A stretch of 57,020 nt of DNA, the filler included, from Sphacelaria rigidula (taxonomy: Eukaryota), in assembly GCA_964200075.2 (NCBI GenBank). It is 8 parts of 8 records of this genome, joined end to end, with 100 filler letters (N's around TTAATTAATTAA, not from the genome) between each part and the next. Parts side by side here need not be neighbours in the genome. Positions count along the whole stretch, not along the records: positions 7,142 to 14,181 come from CAXNAA020016808.1; positions 14,282 to 21,321 come from CAXNAA020016809.1; 6 more parts are not named here. One strand, given 5' to 3'. The position numbers were made by a program, and so were the translations under genes. Positions 9,353-21,421 of this stretch are shown here, in pieces. Each line of letters starts with the position of its first letter. Position 1 is the first letter of the stretch. The notes under the pieces are model-generated. The model was not told the DNA's origin. It saw nothing but the letters and a program-made list of their open reading frames with translations, and ran no database searches.

Positions 9353-11744
9353 CTGTCTACGCCATAATCATCAGAGCTCCCCACTAGACCGTCCTGGGAG
9401 TATAGATCATCAGAGGCTTCCCCCTCTGACGTGTTGCGCTTGCGATGCCCACCACCATCGCAACTACCAGAAACTTCCTCGCAATCGTTGGCGAAATGTT
9501 CTCCCGAAATTCCTTCAGCTCGCTTCCTTGACTTTCTGTCGTTCGAGTCACGCCCATAATAATTCTCCCCAGATGATTGTTCTTGGGTTGCGGGATCTAC
9601 GAAGCCTAAGGCCGAGGCATTATCACTATTTTCTACATCCAGATTCGCATCTGTCGCACATTTTGAGGCATCGTCAGTAATGACATTACTGGACACCGAA
9701 GAGCGTTCTTCAGCTTCCGCGGCGCGCGCCTCAGGGTTCCCAGAGTATTGTTGGCATTCCTTCGACGAAAGTCGGTGATTTTCACCGTCAGAATCATTGT
9801 TCACAGTAATCACTAAACAGTCTTCAACGAGGCTTCCAGCTACGGAAGAAACTTCTTCAGTTACAACGGGTGTGTTTTTAGGGTTTCGAGACTCTTCCAC
9901 CACTTCCCCCGACGAAGGTTTCAAAGACACTTCTTGCGTTTCCCCGGGATCTTCCTCGTGTCCCCCCGACGAGGGTTCCACGGGTACTTCGTGAGGTTTG
10001 AAGAACGTATCCTCGAGTTCCTCCGAAGAAGGTGCCACAGACATTTCTTGCGTTTCCCTGAGATCTTCCTCAAGTACCCCCGACGAAGATTCCACGGGTA
10101 CTTCGTGAGGTTTGACTGGCGTGTCATCGAGTTTCTCCGAAGAAGGTGCCACGAACACTTCTTGCGTTTTGTTGAAATGTTCCTCGAGTGCCTTCAATGA
10201 AGATTCCACGGGTGCTTCGTGAGGTTTGGAGGACGTGCCCTCAAGCTCCCCCGAAGAAGGTGTCAGGGACACTTCTTGCGTTTTTCTGGGATCTTCCTCA
10301 AGGTACCCCGACGAAGATTCCACGGGTACTTCGTGAGGTTCGAAGGACGTATCCTCGAGCCCCTCCGAAGAAGGTGTCACGGACGCTTCTTGCGTTTCGC
10401 TGAAATCTCCCTCACGTCCCCCCAACGAAGATTCCACGGGTACTTCGTGAGGTTTGGGGGACGTGTCCTCAAGTTCCCCCGACGAAGGTGTCACGGACGC
10501 TTCTTCCGCTTCGTTGAAATCTTCCTCGAGTGCCCCAGACGAAGATTCCACCGGTACTTCGTGAGGTTTGGGGGACGTGCCCCCGAGTTTCTCCGAAGAA
10601 GGTGCCACGGACGCTTCTTCCGTTTCGTTGAAATATTCCTCGGGTGCCCCAGACGAATATTCCACCGGTACTTCGTGAGATTTGGGGGACTTGTCCTCGA
10701 GTTCCTCCGAACAAGGTGCCACGGACGCTTCTTGCGTTATGTTGAAAGTTTCCTCGAGCGCCCCCGACGAACATTCCACGGGTACTTCTTGAGGTTGGGG
10801 GAATATGTCCTCGAGTTCCCGTGACGAAGGTGCGGACACCTCTCGAAGTTTCCTGGAATCTTTCTCGGGTACCCCAGACGAAGATTCCACGGGTGTTTCT
10901 TCAGGGTTTAGAGAATTAACGATCTCGAATTCCTCGGGTGAGTGTGTCACGTGATAATCTGTGCGATTCCCTGAATTTTCCTCGACCCCTCCCAACGGAC
11001 GCTCGGCGGAAATGTCTTGAGATTTCCCATGACCTTCGTCTACCTCTCCCAGTGGCGCAGAAACTTCTCGAGGCTTCCCGGGATCGTCTTCAACATCTTC
11101 CGACTGAGAAGCTGCTACAGGAGCTCCTTGAGACTTCTTGGAATCGTCCTTGAGTTCCCCCGACGAAAGTGTGGTGGAAGTTCCTAAGGGATCCCGGGAA
11201 TCATCGTCGAGCTTGCCCGGCGAAGATGATGTGCAAACCTCTTGAGGTTTCCTAGAATCTTCATCAACTTCCACTGACAGAGACTGCGCCTCACTCACTT
11301 CTTCAGGTCTCCCAGCAATCCCTTCAAATTCCCCAGATAGAGGTGCCGCGGGAACTTGTTCAGGTTCCGTGAAATCTTCCTCATGTTGCCCCGACGCAGA
11401 AGGCACCGCAGAAACGGTTTGGGGGTTTCGGAAATTGTCCGACAGTCCTCCCGAAGGAGGCTTATGATGCATTGCAGAACCATATGTCGGTGTTGCTTGA
11501 ACGGTATGCTCTACTACAGACACGTGCACAAGATCAGGATTGGCAGCTGTCGCCGAGTTGATGTCTTGCCCTCCGGGAGGTTCTGGGTCCATTTTCCTTG
11601 GCTCGTCTCCCTCAAAATCGCTCTGGTAGTTGCTGTCTCCGGCGCTTGACCGTATTGCGCCACCGTCGTCGCTGCCGTTGTCAAGCTCGTCCTCGCTGCC
11701 GTCGTCTGACTCATCGCGGCCGAATTCACTGTATTCTTCCGCTT
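9353..11744 (-). CDS. Large exon encoding a highly acidic Glu/Ser/Pro-rich protein segment with nine 38-aa (2 x 19-aa) tandem repeats; function unknown
   Basis: 814-codon open frame (9328-11772). Repeats such as VPVESSSGALEEDFNEAEEASVTPSSGELEDTSPKPHE diverge by substitution without breaking frame. Boundaries are tentative: candidate acceptor TTCTCTACTCAAAAG| (11745) and donor CAG|GTCTGT (9352). The frame could instead run to the stop at 9328. Confidence 0.75.
9870..10896 (-). repeat. Coding minisatellite, ~9 x 114 bp (57-bp subunits)
   Basis: GAAGATTCCACGGGTACTTCGTGAGGTTTG-type motif recurs at 114-bp intervals. Confidence 0.9.
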
Positions 11745-11884
11745 CTTTTGAGTAGAGAACATGTGCCGCCACAAAAACCGCGGGCAGTCAGAAGCAGGAA
11801 GAGTCGGGAAGGGAAATAAAGTAAAAGACATAATGAAGCATATATATATATATATACGTGTCGTGAAAACAATCACCATCGTCC

Positions 11885-11927
11885 ACACCAACCACCACCA
11901 CCACCACCACCGCTGCTAAAACTACTG

Positions 11928-12001
<74 letters not shown>

Positions 12002-12092
12002 ACAAATACTAATACAAATACTAATACAAATACAAATCCTAATACAAATACAAACACTAGTACTAATACTTCTACTACCACTACTACTACAG
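11885..12092 (+). repeat. Compound microsatellite (CAC)n-(TAC)n-(TGC)n-(TACAAA/TACTAA)n
   Basis: Read directly from the sequence. It explains the poly-V and poly-S ORFs in the track. Confidence 0.95.
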
Positions 12093-12929
12093 CATTCAAC
12101 AGAGGGTCCTGGAAAATGGGGTTGCACATTGAAATGGGGCTCAACCCGCATTTCGGACATTCACATTTTTAAGGCGGAATAGTCTCGCAAAAACAACCAA
12201 CTGCGGATTTCGCTTGTCCATTGAAAGCTAAGCAACTGCTGCAGATATATATGCGTCTAGAGTTTGGGTGGGTGTTATCGAAAGTATCATGATTCTGTAC
12301 ATACAGGTGCTTGCTCCCCGAATAGGAGCACACACAGGTTGCGCGTACGGCCACGTACCATAACAGAAGCCACACACATGCTTCGTCCACAATGACGACA
12401 GGATATGTTTCTGCACCACACCACCTAGCAGGAGTCGCTTTTGAGAAAACCCACACTAGCATGGCTAATTTATTGTGGTTCTGTTCGCACGTCATCATTG
12501 GTATCTGATTGAAAACCAAGTTGCCCGTCGAATCCTCTTGACCGCAAATATCCCTGTTGCATGACCAGCCGCAAAATGTCAGTTGCGCTATACAAAGCGA
12601 TGTACTATTGGGATAATGCACACCGTATAGGCGGGCTAAAGTTGAGTGAACCGCTTGGCCGTAGAAGGGTTGGACGCTTTTTTCCACTCAGCAGCCAACG
12701 CCCGCTGGACACCCGGCATGCGACGAGGGTTGAGCAGTGGCATCAGCCCACTGATACTTACTAGTGTGAATGCTGTACATGAAAAACCTCCAAGATCTGG
12801 AAAAATGAATCTTCGGGTTGCCAACGCTGCTGCAGTCCCCGTCTAAATGTATGTACATACCCTTTGCCCCTGCATGGGAGTGCCTAACTCCTGTCCTTAA
12901 ACCTCCAATGCGCGTCCGTTGGCGTCACA

Positions 12930-13527
12930 CTTCCTCTATCCCAAAAGTCTGGGAACTTATAGGCATTTGATCGTTTGGGTGTTCAAATATTGACGATCAT
13001 CCTATAGTTGGGTTCGTTAGAAAGATAAGTTGCAAACGAAGTTGATGCAAGAAGAAAAAAAGACTTAGTTATCTATACTAAAATAGTCTCCAAATATACC
13101 CATTTTGACCCTTTTTGATCCATTAATGCTCCCATCATTGACCGATTTTGGATGTGTTCAGGTCGAGCACTGGCAATTACATGTTAACAAAATGTTGGAT
13201 GGGGCGTGGGTAGGTGAACATCACGGGCATGTCCAAAATAAAGGGTGGTTTCGCGATTTTCACATTTTTCTGGCCTATTTTTCTCAATCTTTCGTGTTCC
13301 CGGGTCTCTCATGCTTTCCTGGGAAAACGAGCGAAAAATGGCCGTCTTTGGATCGACCTACTTGTTTTCGGCAGAGCGGCTGCATGGATCAAACACCCAC
13401 GTTATGGAAATATTGATTTTTCAGCTCAAAAAACGCCGACAAATGCAATAAAAATATCGAGAATCGGATATCACACCGTTCAGGGCTCGTACAACCAAAA
13501 GTTCCCAGACTCATGGGACGGAGGAAG
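12930..13527. mobile_element. 598-bp Stowaway-like (Tc1/mariner) MITE
   Basis: ~29-bp TIRs CTTCCTCTATCCCAAAAGTCTGGGAACTT / AAGTTCCCAGACTCATGGGACGGAGGAAG. The ends resemble the Stowaway CTCCCTCCGT terminus. TA follows the right end and CA (mutated TA?) precedes the left. Confidence 0.7.
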
Positions 13528-14181
13528 TATGTTGATTGTCGCACACAAACTGATCCCCGAGGGACTCAGCCGTAATCAAGATCCACAAGATGGGCGTACA
13601 AAAGGTAAACAAAGGCAAGGCGCCCACACCTCATGTAGAGCATGTCAACCAACCGTTTGCGATAGAAAAGGGCGCGATTGAGGCCGAACAGCACCGAGGG
13701 AAACAAGGGCCTCGCAGGGAACCCTATTTTGTCCGACAATGGTCTAGGTGTACCCAGCAAAAACTAGAAATGTTATCTTGTACCTCACTGTGTTTTTTGC
13801 TGTCTCAGAATACGTCCGAATCGTACCTCCATTTGAACAATATCAGCCTTCCACAGCCACCGTCCACCCCACCGCACGGCACAAAATCGAACGGCCGAAG
13901 AACATCTCCAACTCTTATTATTATCAATATTATGATTTCCGCATATTAGTCCGATCTCGCAAACCTGTGGTCACAGACGTAGGCTCCCCTTTCCAATACC
14001 GTCCTTGCTATTCCGTACCAAACACATGACCAAAATAAAGAAAAAATGAGAAGAGAGACGCCACGAAAACCGGTGAGAAGTAGCTCCCCCGAGTCTAACG
14101 GGGAGATAAAAGAAAGAAAGAAAGAAAAACAAACAAACAAACAAACAAACAACAAAGGCCAGATCTGTCAGAAGTGTACAC

Positions 14182-14281
14182 NNNNNNNNNNNNNNNNNNN
14201 NNNNNNNNNNNNNNNNNNNNNNNNNTTAATTAATTAANNNNNNNNNNNNNNNNNNNNNNNNNNNNNNNNNNNNNNNNNNNN
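14182..14281. other. Artificial contig-joining spacer
   Basis: Same 100-bp N/TTAATTAATTAA/N spacer. Confidence 0.99.
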
Positions 14282-15165
14282 CCCCCCCCCCCAAAATAAA
14301 ATAAAAGAGAACTAAAGTGCCTGTCTTGGGGAGGCAAAACCTTCACGTAATGAAATGGAAAAAGCTGAGCACAACGAGCAGCTGAAAACTCCGACGCTTG
14401 GGTTCATTCTCGCCAGTGGCAATGGTGAAAAGTGTACCGCATAAAATATAGGATCTTTTGTTCTAACAACTATAGACAGCATAATAGATACTGGGTGCAG
14501 TACACTTTTTGTCAAGTGTAATATGTTGTCTTTCGCGTGTTGACCATGGATTCGATCCTGTGTGCAGTACACTCTTTGAGAATGTAATATACTGTATCGT
14601 CGTTATCCAGGGAATGCTTGTTTTTGCTCTCCGCTCTCATTTTTTCAGCCCTTTGAGGTAGGCCCTTACGGTACCCCAAGTCGTAGTCCTAGTCCAATTT
14701 GTTGTCGTTTCTTGTCCGATGCATCTGCAATCAAAACCTGCCCTACGTGAATGAGCTGGATGGTGGTACGACACAGTATCATCGTTAATTTTTTTCTATG
14801 TAGACATGGATTTGTCGTCGTTCAGTCTTGAGAGTCATATAGGAGAGTAAAACCACTTGGTTGTTTTTGACGCCGCAGCGTGCATGCATTGATTTTGATC
14901 TGATGTGATCTCATCTGATCGGGGGTTTTTTCATTGTTGCACATTAACTGATCCCCGAGGGATCCAGCCGTGGTCATTTTCCACAGGATGCACGAATCCG
15001 AGGTAATTAAGGTAATCAAATCAGAAACGCTCGCTGAAGAACGGGAGTTAAGGAGAAACGAGGAGAAAAACGAACCGACAGGTTGATAAATAGTGACATT
15101 ATCCAAGGGGGCTAGATAATATTTGTACAAACCTGGGGGATGACTTCAGCCCCCGTCTACAGGCG

Positions 15166-15500
15166 ATTGATTTTTCGGACCCCACTTCGTTGGGCAATGT
15201 TTTCTGGCTAGCTGTGAAAAAATAAATAAATAAATCACACTTCTCCGATTCTCTGGACGTTGATTTTTGGGTACGTCACCTTTCTGCTCAAATCGGGACA
15301 CTCCAGGATGTATGTGCGCGAGGAACAGATTTGAGTGAAGATCAAGTTTTTGTACATGTATATCCGGGAGTGTCTCGATTCGAGCAAAAAGGTGACATAC
15401 CCGGAAATCAACGTCCAGAGAATCGGAGAAATGTGATCTGGCTGTCTCGAAGACCTAGCCGCGAAACATTGCTGAACGGACTGGGGTCCGAAAACTCAAT
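15166..15500. repeat. ~335-bp imperfect long inverted repeat (foldback element)
   Basis: ATCACACTTCTCCGATTCTCTGGACGTTGATTT...GGGACACTCC pairs with GGGAGTGTCTCG...AAATCAACGTCCAGAGAATCGGAGAAATGTGAT. Outer arms are ATTGATTTTTCGGACCCCA / TGGGGTCCGAAAACTCAAT. Confidence 0.85.
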
Positions 15501-16043
15501 GCACGGGAGGAAATCGTCTACTTTGTTGTTGCTGCTGTTGTCTTCACATCAAATACCGTGATATCTGCGCAGTACTCTGCACTGGGCATCTGACGCAGAC
15601 GGTTTTCGTGGTCATAAGCCAGCTACCCAAAGTAGGATGTATGAAGAACAAAATTAAATCGGGCCCAGAAAATTCCACGTGATACAACAATACAAGAAAT
15701 GAAGAAAAACGCCAACGCATGAAAAGTACAGAAAATAACCATAGGTATACGACCAAAGCTTTAGGTCGCTTAGAAAAAAAGCATGAGGAACATCCCGCTG
15801 ACATTTCAAGTCTCGATGCCGCATGCGACCATTCGGGCTACTGGAGGGAGTGTCCAATGGTGCACTCAACACGCGAGACAGGCTGATTTACTCAAATCTG
15901 TTAAATTTCAGATTAGTTAGGCCCTACTCAGAGTCTCAACAGCGGAACCAAATTCGACCCTTGGACAGCGAGAGTAGGTCGTCTGTTGAATCGGCATCAG
16001 TTTCACTTGAAAAAATTATGTATGGTCCAGACAGACTACCCTC

Positions 16044-16372
16044 AACAATGTTTTCACGAGATTTGAGAGTCGAGGACACGATCGGCTCTAGCAAGTGGTG
16101 AATTGAATTAATACTCAGACGGCGAGGGTATAGATGATCTGTTGACGCGGAATCAATATCACATTAAAAAAGTGTCATAATCCAGATGGACAATCCTCAC
16201 GGTCTGAGGGTTAGCGCATGACTTGTTTCAGTTCCGAAATGCCCCCTTTATGAAGCCCGATACACTTGTTGTATTTATTATAACAGCTTGCACTGAAACC
16301 CTTTGATATCCCCGAGTACATGGGATGTTGACGTGCAGCTATAAGCACACAACAGTGTTATAGGCAAAGAAC

Positions 16373-16418
<46 letters not shown>

Positions 16419-16488
16419 GAAAAATTGGCCAAGTTGAAGCGAGCAATATCAGTCAACGCTGAACTCTCAATTTCACAAATATATGGTT
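16044..16488. mobile_element. Second member of the AAC...GTT 4-bp-TSD MITE family (TSD CCTC), inserted in a piggyBac-like MITE end
   Basis: Ends AACAATGTTTTCACGAGATTTGAGAG / CTCTCAATTTCACAAATATATGGTT. CCTC at 16040-16043 and 16489-16492. Internal GTTTCAGTTCCGAAA(T/C)GCCCCC is shared with the 4948-5410 copy. Contains a (CA)n tract at ~16372-16415. Confidence 0.7.
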
Positions 16489-16729
16489 CCTCGCGGTCTG
16501 AGGTTAACCGTTCGACCGCGACAGTAGGTCAGCGGCTGAATCGGTATCAATAGTCACTCGAAAAAAGTGCGTGGTATGGGTGATGCAGACGGACTACCCT
16601 CCTCGCGGTCAAAGGATTAACCCTTAGACCGCGAGGGTAGTTCATCTGGATCATGCACAATGTTTTCAAGGAAAATGGATACCATTTCAACGAATGACCC
16701 ACTCTCGCTGTCCAAGGGTTGAACCCTTA

Positions 16730-16918
16730 GAGCGTATCTTTACGCATTATTTTTCGATCGGAAATGTTCGGTGGAGAAGGAAATATTTAATCTCCCAGGT
16801 CGTGATTTCAACTATCGTAGTTGATTTTGAAGATGGTTGAAATCGCAACCTATCGAATCAGAATTTTGTTCTTCACCGCACATTATCGATCCAAAAATAA
16901 TGGGCGAAGACATGGCCC
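16730..16918. mobile_element. Diverged second copy of the Tourist-like MITE, opposite orientation
   Basis: TTTTCGATCG..ATGT.CGGTGGA, GGTCGTGATTTCAAC and TTTTGAAGATGGTTGAAATC match the 5940-6176 element. It starts right after CCC-TTA of a host MITE end; the right TSD is not preserved. Confidence 0.7.
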
Positions 16919-18571
16919 AAACTAGAAATAAGGGCATTTAATATCATGCATTCTTTTTTTCAAGTGATATTGATGCCGATTCAACAGATGACGCACTACT
17001 GTCGCTGTGGAAGGGTAATTCACCGTTCGCCCCCGACGGGAGGTCATCTGGGTCACTCAATATTTCTTGAAGAAAATTTGCCGATGCCGATTCAAGAGAT
17101 GACCTACCCTCGCGGTCAAAGGGCTGAAAAACAGACAGGAAAGAACCGGAAAGGATAGAAACCCTTCAACCCTTCACCACTGGTGAATTGACTTCAGATA
17201 TTCATTTATTCATCACGCAGCATTGGCATGAGTTGAGTGACGTGAACCCCTTCCTGATCTAATGGATTGGGGAAATTCAGCCTGTTGACCGACCGTCAGA
17301 GGGGATGATCCGGATCTTGCAATCAATATTCGAATGAAAATGTTACCGATCCCGGAGATGACCTATCCTCGTAGTGAAGGGGGCTTACCACGTTCCCTGC
17401 TGGACAAGTTGACCACTCAGGGGTCCATATCAGACCATGTATATCAAAAAGTCTCCTGTCGCTTTAATTTTCTCTTGTACATGGCTGTTCCTCCGCAGTA
17501 AATATCCGGAGATAGCCATGGCGAAAGGGTTAACCCTTCGGCGGCCAGAGTAGGTTACCTGCGGAGATCCGGAATTGACCTCCACAGTGGGTCATCTGGG
17601 TCATGTTACGATCGTTTCATTAACCCTTCGACCGCGATGGGGGGTCATCTGGTCTCTTCGCACTCGTTGTTCAAGTGAAATCGCGAGGGTACTTCATCTG
17701 GGCTTCGCATTCGTTTTTCAAGCGAAAGTGATGCCGATCCAACAGACCAGCTTTACCTTGGCGATCGAAGAGTTGACCGTCCGCCAGCTTCTATCCCGTC
17801 TCGGAAAAGTTTCGCCGACTGACGGTCCGGGGACAACAAGAATTTCCAGCGGACGGGAGGATGGTTTTTAGACAGCTGAGGTGCCCGCTTCCGCAACAAT
17901 CGAACAGCTCACGGAGTCAACCATGCGTATTGAGAAGTCTCGGAGAAAGAAACCCACACACCCTGGGCAACGGACAACAGTAGGGGAAAGCATACAGGCT
18001 GGTTCAGGGTAAATGCTCAGAATGTTTTTTCCCCCGCTAGATTTAAAGCGCTCAACTCACCCAACATCAATAGATTTGATTTCATGGTGAGCCCACGAGA
18101 CGAGCAAGGGGACTGTGTGACGTGGCCAGATTTTTTCTCGCGTCTTTTGGCGTGGCGCTGGCAAGTGAAAATGTTTCTGGGCCAATCAGCGCGGCATTGA
18201 AATTGTTGTGAAATTTGAAATGGGAATTTTTGGCTTCACCCTCAGACGACGAGAGTAAGAAAAAAAATCTTGTGATATGACATCAATTTCACTCGAAACA
18301 ATGATTCAGATGGACTACCCTCGTGGTCTAAGGGTTAATTTTTACGAAATCAAGGCAAATCAAATCTTTTGTCAACGTCAATAGCAAGGGAATCTAACGC
18401 GATAAACAGACTTGAAAATGGTACGTATATCATTGAGTCATTCCCCCAAGACGTACTATTTCGGTCACGTGGGGTTATGGGGGTCGTCGGATTTCCACAG
18501 ATAATCTGGGTTGTGTTGATGCTCTGCTTCATCCGTCGTGTGCTGCCAAGATGGCATGCACCCTATTTATG

Positions 18572-18657
18572 TGCTGACCTTCCTCCTGTGTGACCCCGGC
18601 TGATGCGCCCACATATACCGAAAGGTGTAGACCGACGCCCAGAATAGACGGGACGAC

Positions 18658-18691
<34 letters not shown>
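18572..18691 (+). mobile_element. (CA)n-tailed short repeat, copy 2 of 3
   Basis: TGACCTTCCTCCTGTGTGACCCCGGCTGATGCGCCCACATATACCG...GACGACAAC(AC)n. Confidence 0.8.
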
Positions 18692-18692
<1 letters not shown>

Positions 18693-19248
18693 CTTAATCG
18701 GGGCGATTGCTGCGACTGACCTGGTCCCACAAAGATATGACACTCACCCTGAGCAGTCTGTGCGTGCTCCCACACTGCATCGACCGACCTATTCATATAC
18801 TCAACCACGAATAGAGCGCGAGCATGACCCTCGCGGTCAGACATACAGTCTTGCTTGGTCTAGAGTTGGATTTTGGTGGAGGGTGTATGATGGTCCAGGC
18901 GACGAGGAAGTAGAGCTACTTTTTGAGGGTGGTCTCTCCGTCTTGGCATGTGATGTACAAAATGACGATGTCCTGGAATACTTAGGCGGTTGTTCTGGGG
19001 GGGGATATGTGAACTGTGAACAGGAAGGGAATACGGAAATATTCCCTTATCGAGGAATGCACGAAACCCATTCTCCTCTGAATCATGGATCACACAGCGA
19101 TCGATCATCGGAGAATGACTGTATATGTGTTGCCGTCGCGCCGCGGCGGTGTAATGGTCCGCCTGTCGCCATTAAGTGCAGAATTTGACCTGTTTCGTGC
19201 GCGTCGTCTTTTTTTTGTTTTTCCTCTCCAAAATGTTTCCTCTTGTAG

Positions 19249-19392
19249 GATCGGTACAACTTCAGCTTCGACATGGACTATGAGGTGGCGCGTATCTTCC
19301 GGAACCACCTGATCCCCAACGCTGTGTTGTGGTTCACTGGTGAGGCCTTTGACGACGAAGATGACGAGGAAGACGAGGAAGACGAGGAAGAG
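19249..19392 (+). CDS. NAP1: Internal exon of a nucleosome assembly protein (NAP1 family): C-terminal conserved motif plus start of the acidic tail
   Basis: Polypyrimidine tract plus TTGTAG acceptor, GAG|GTGAGG donor, 144 bp, phase 0-0. Translation DRYNFSFDMDYEVARIFRNHLIPNAVLWFTGEAFDDEDDEEDEEDEEE matches the NAP D(Y/F)E.G/A..(I/F)...(I/L)IP.AV.(W/Y)FTGEA signature. Not present in the ORF track. Confidence 0.92.
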
Positions 19393-19520
19393 GTGAGGAC
19401 GGATTCTGGTTGAAGGATCCAGGGATTGAGTTTCGCCCGTTGATCGGGATGATCCATGAACGTGGTTCATGATATAGGCCACCACATTTGGATTTATATA
19501 AAGGATCATGGTCCCCCTAC

Positions 19521-19828
19521 CAGTGTCGAGATTTGAACGGAATAAAATGTTGGATATCGATATTTTTATCGATACTCGGGAAATGGCCAAACAACCGGTT
19601 TTCTGGTTTCCTGGGCTTTTTTTGCTGTTTTGAAGGATCATTTTCTACAGAAAGGAGGGGACCGATTATGTTAATGCACCACCCCCTCCCTTTTTTAGCA
19701 GGCGGGACCCCCGAGAGAGCCGGTTTGCGTATCGAAAGTATCGGCTTACCGGCTTGCGATTCCAATTCTGGGAGTTGCCGAAAATCGCGATCGACAATGG
19801 ATATTTCGATACATGATCTTCAACACTG
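19521..19828. mobile_element. 308-bp hAT-like MITE in the NAP1 downstream intron
   Basis: Short TIRs CAGTGTCGAGA / TCTTCAACACTG. Flanks CCCCCTAC and CCCCCCTAC form an 8-bp TSD with one extra C. ATCGA/TCGAT motifs recur subterminally. Confidence 0.7.
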
Positions 19829-20207
19829 CCCCCCTACACCTGTCCGTCGTGCTCGGAGCGTGCGCTGACGGGTGCCGATCACTTGGTCAAAACCATGCAA
19901 ACCTTCACACGTCGGAAGAGCACGAGTATGACTCGTGGCACTCGCACTCATTGGGCTGCTCGTTGGCCGTGAAAATTATGAGGGCGAGTACTCGAGTCAT
20001 TGCTCGTGATGCACGACTTAAGTGGAGGAGTCAGGAATCCGACGAGCAAATAATCTTGAGTAGTACATATATCGGGCGAACACACAAGTCATGTTTGTTG
20101 TGTTATCAAAATAATATCCACGAGTGCACTCGTTTCGACGAGTAATGACTCGTCCGATGTATGCAAACTTCGCCGGGGGTATTCCGTGCGTCAGTGATGC
20201 TACGATT

Positions 20208-20336
20208 CGGGAGGGGGGGGGGGGGGGGGGGTTCCACAAAAAATATGAACCTTACAGGGGCATCAGGACCGAGATCCTCGCGGGGCGTTTGGACAAAATA
20301 AAGGGNNNNNNNNCAGGGGGGGGGGGGGGGGGGGGG

Positions 20337-20387
<51 letters not shown>

Positions 20388-20460
20388 GATTCCACAAGAA
20401 ATATGAACCTTACAGGTGCATCAGGACCTAGATACTCGCGGTGCGTTTGTACAGAATAAA
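20208..20460. other. Probable assembly/sequencing artefact: poly-G runs around an internal 8-N gap with duplicated flanks
   Basis: TTCCACAA.AAATATGAACCTTACAGG.GCATCAGGACC occurs on both sides of the gap. In the first copy several bases are replaced by G. Confidence 0.8.
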
Positions 20461-21061
20461 CGGTATCAAGTGATGTGAGTGAGAGTCCTATTGGTGAGTA
20501 GCGCGTTCGAAGCAATATTGCTGCTTTCAACGATGATTCCACGTGGAATTTCGCCATTTTCCATTGTTCGGACGACGATATTTTATTACATGGTGACCTC
20601 TTCTTCGTGTATATATGAGAACCGTTATGGGCGGCGCCATGTCGTTGGCGCAAGGGTACGGACGAGTGCGCGAGAGCGGGCGGGAGCAGCTGAAAATCCG
20701 TGATGTATCACGCCTCTTTTTATCCCGTGGAAGATCCCACGACAGTTTTTAACTCTGACGAAGAAAATTGATATGTTCTGCAATAAGGAAGGAGATCATG
20801 TGTTCATCAGATTTTTCTGTTTGCGCTTAGATGTCGAGTCATTTCCCACAAAAAAAAATGATATCTCACGTCCCAGTATACTTTTTTCATTCGTTTCTTC
20901 CTCTGTTTTATGCGTTAGGAACCCCATCCCCCATTCTCAGGAAATATTCTGTAGTCTCGGAGGATTAAGCCCTCCCATCCCCCCTCCCCCAGGATTCAGC
21001 TCACCCTTCACGCGACTCGGTAAACACATCACAGCGCCTCGCGCTTGGTGATCGATTGCGA

Positions 21062-21250
21062 ACTTGGTCCGGCGAAAACTCGGCATGATTTTTCCCGGCC
21101 TTGTAGGGATGCGAGGTCGATGGTCGTGTGACTACGGCATGCAAGATGATGAGTACACCCTTTCCCGCCGCCCACCCCCCCCCCTGAGGTCATTGGTCAT
21201 ATGACTATGTCATGCATGATCATGAATACACCTCCCCCGTCCCCACCTCC
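21062..21250 (+). mobile_element. Stacked non-LTR retrotransposon 3'-end fragments
   Basis: GGGATGCGAGGTCGATGGTC...ATGAGTACACCC is followed by a second GAGGTCATTGGTC...CATGAATACACCTCCCCC. Homologous to 49762-49881 (reverse) and similar to the LINE end at 40430-40520. Confidence 0.6.
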
Positions 21251-21321
21251 ACGTAGGGGCGGACCCCCGATGGGGTTGGCGTCGCTTGGCGATGACGCTG
21301 TAAAAGACGCCCCTCACTACG

Positions 21322-21421
21322 NNNNNNNNNNNNNNNNNNNNNNNNNNNNNNNNNNNNNNNNNNNNTTAATTAATTAANNNNNNNNNNNNNNNNNNNNNNN
21401 NNNNNNNNNNNNNNNNNNNNN
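21322..21421. other. Artificial contig-joining spacer
   Basis: Same 100-bp spacer. Confidence 0.99.

Larger units (their letters stand above)
15955..17770. mobile_element. Second cluster of piggyBac-like ~100-bp MITEs with nested insertions (a further solo copy at ~18236-18338)
   Basis: Same unit sequence and TTAA junctions as 5420-6720, for example AAAGGA-TTAA-CCCTTAGACCGCGAGGGTAG at ~16611-16640 and AAAGGG-TTAA-CCCTTCGG at ~17524-17541. Confidence 0.7.

Noticed and set aside
10219..10824. Arg/Phe-rich repeat ORFs on the plus strand (also 9934-10200)
   Set aside because: They are antisense shadows of the 114-bp coding repeat on the minus strand.
11788..12160. Poly-Val and poly-Ser ORFs
   Set aside because: They are translations of a compound microsatellite.
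20124..20653. Poly-Gly/poly-Pro ORFs and a putative G-quadruplex
   Set aside because: The poly-G lies beside an N gap with duplicated flanks, typical of a sequencing or scaffolding artefact.
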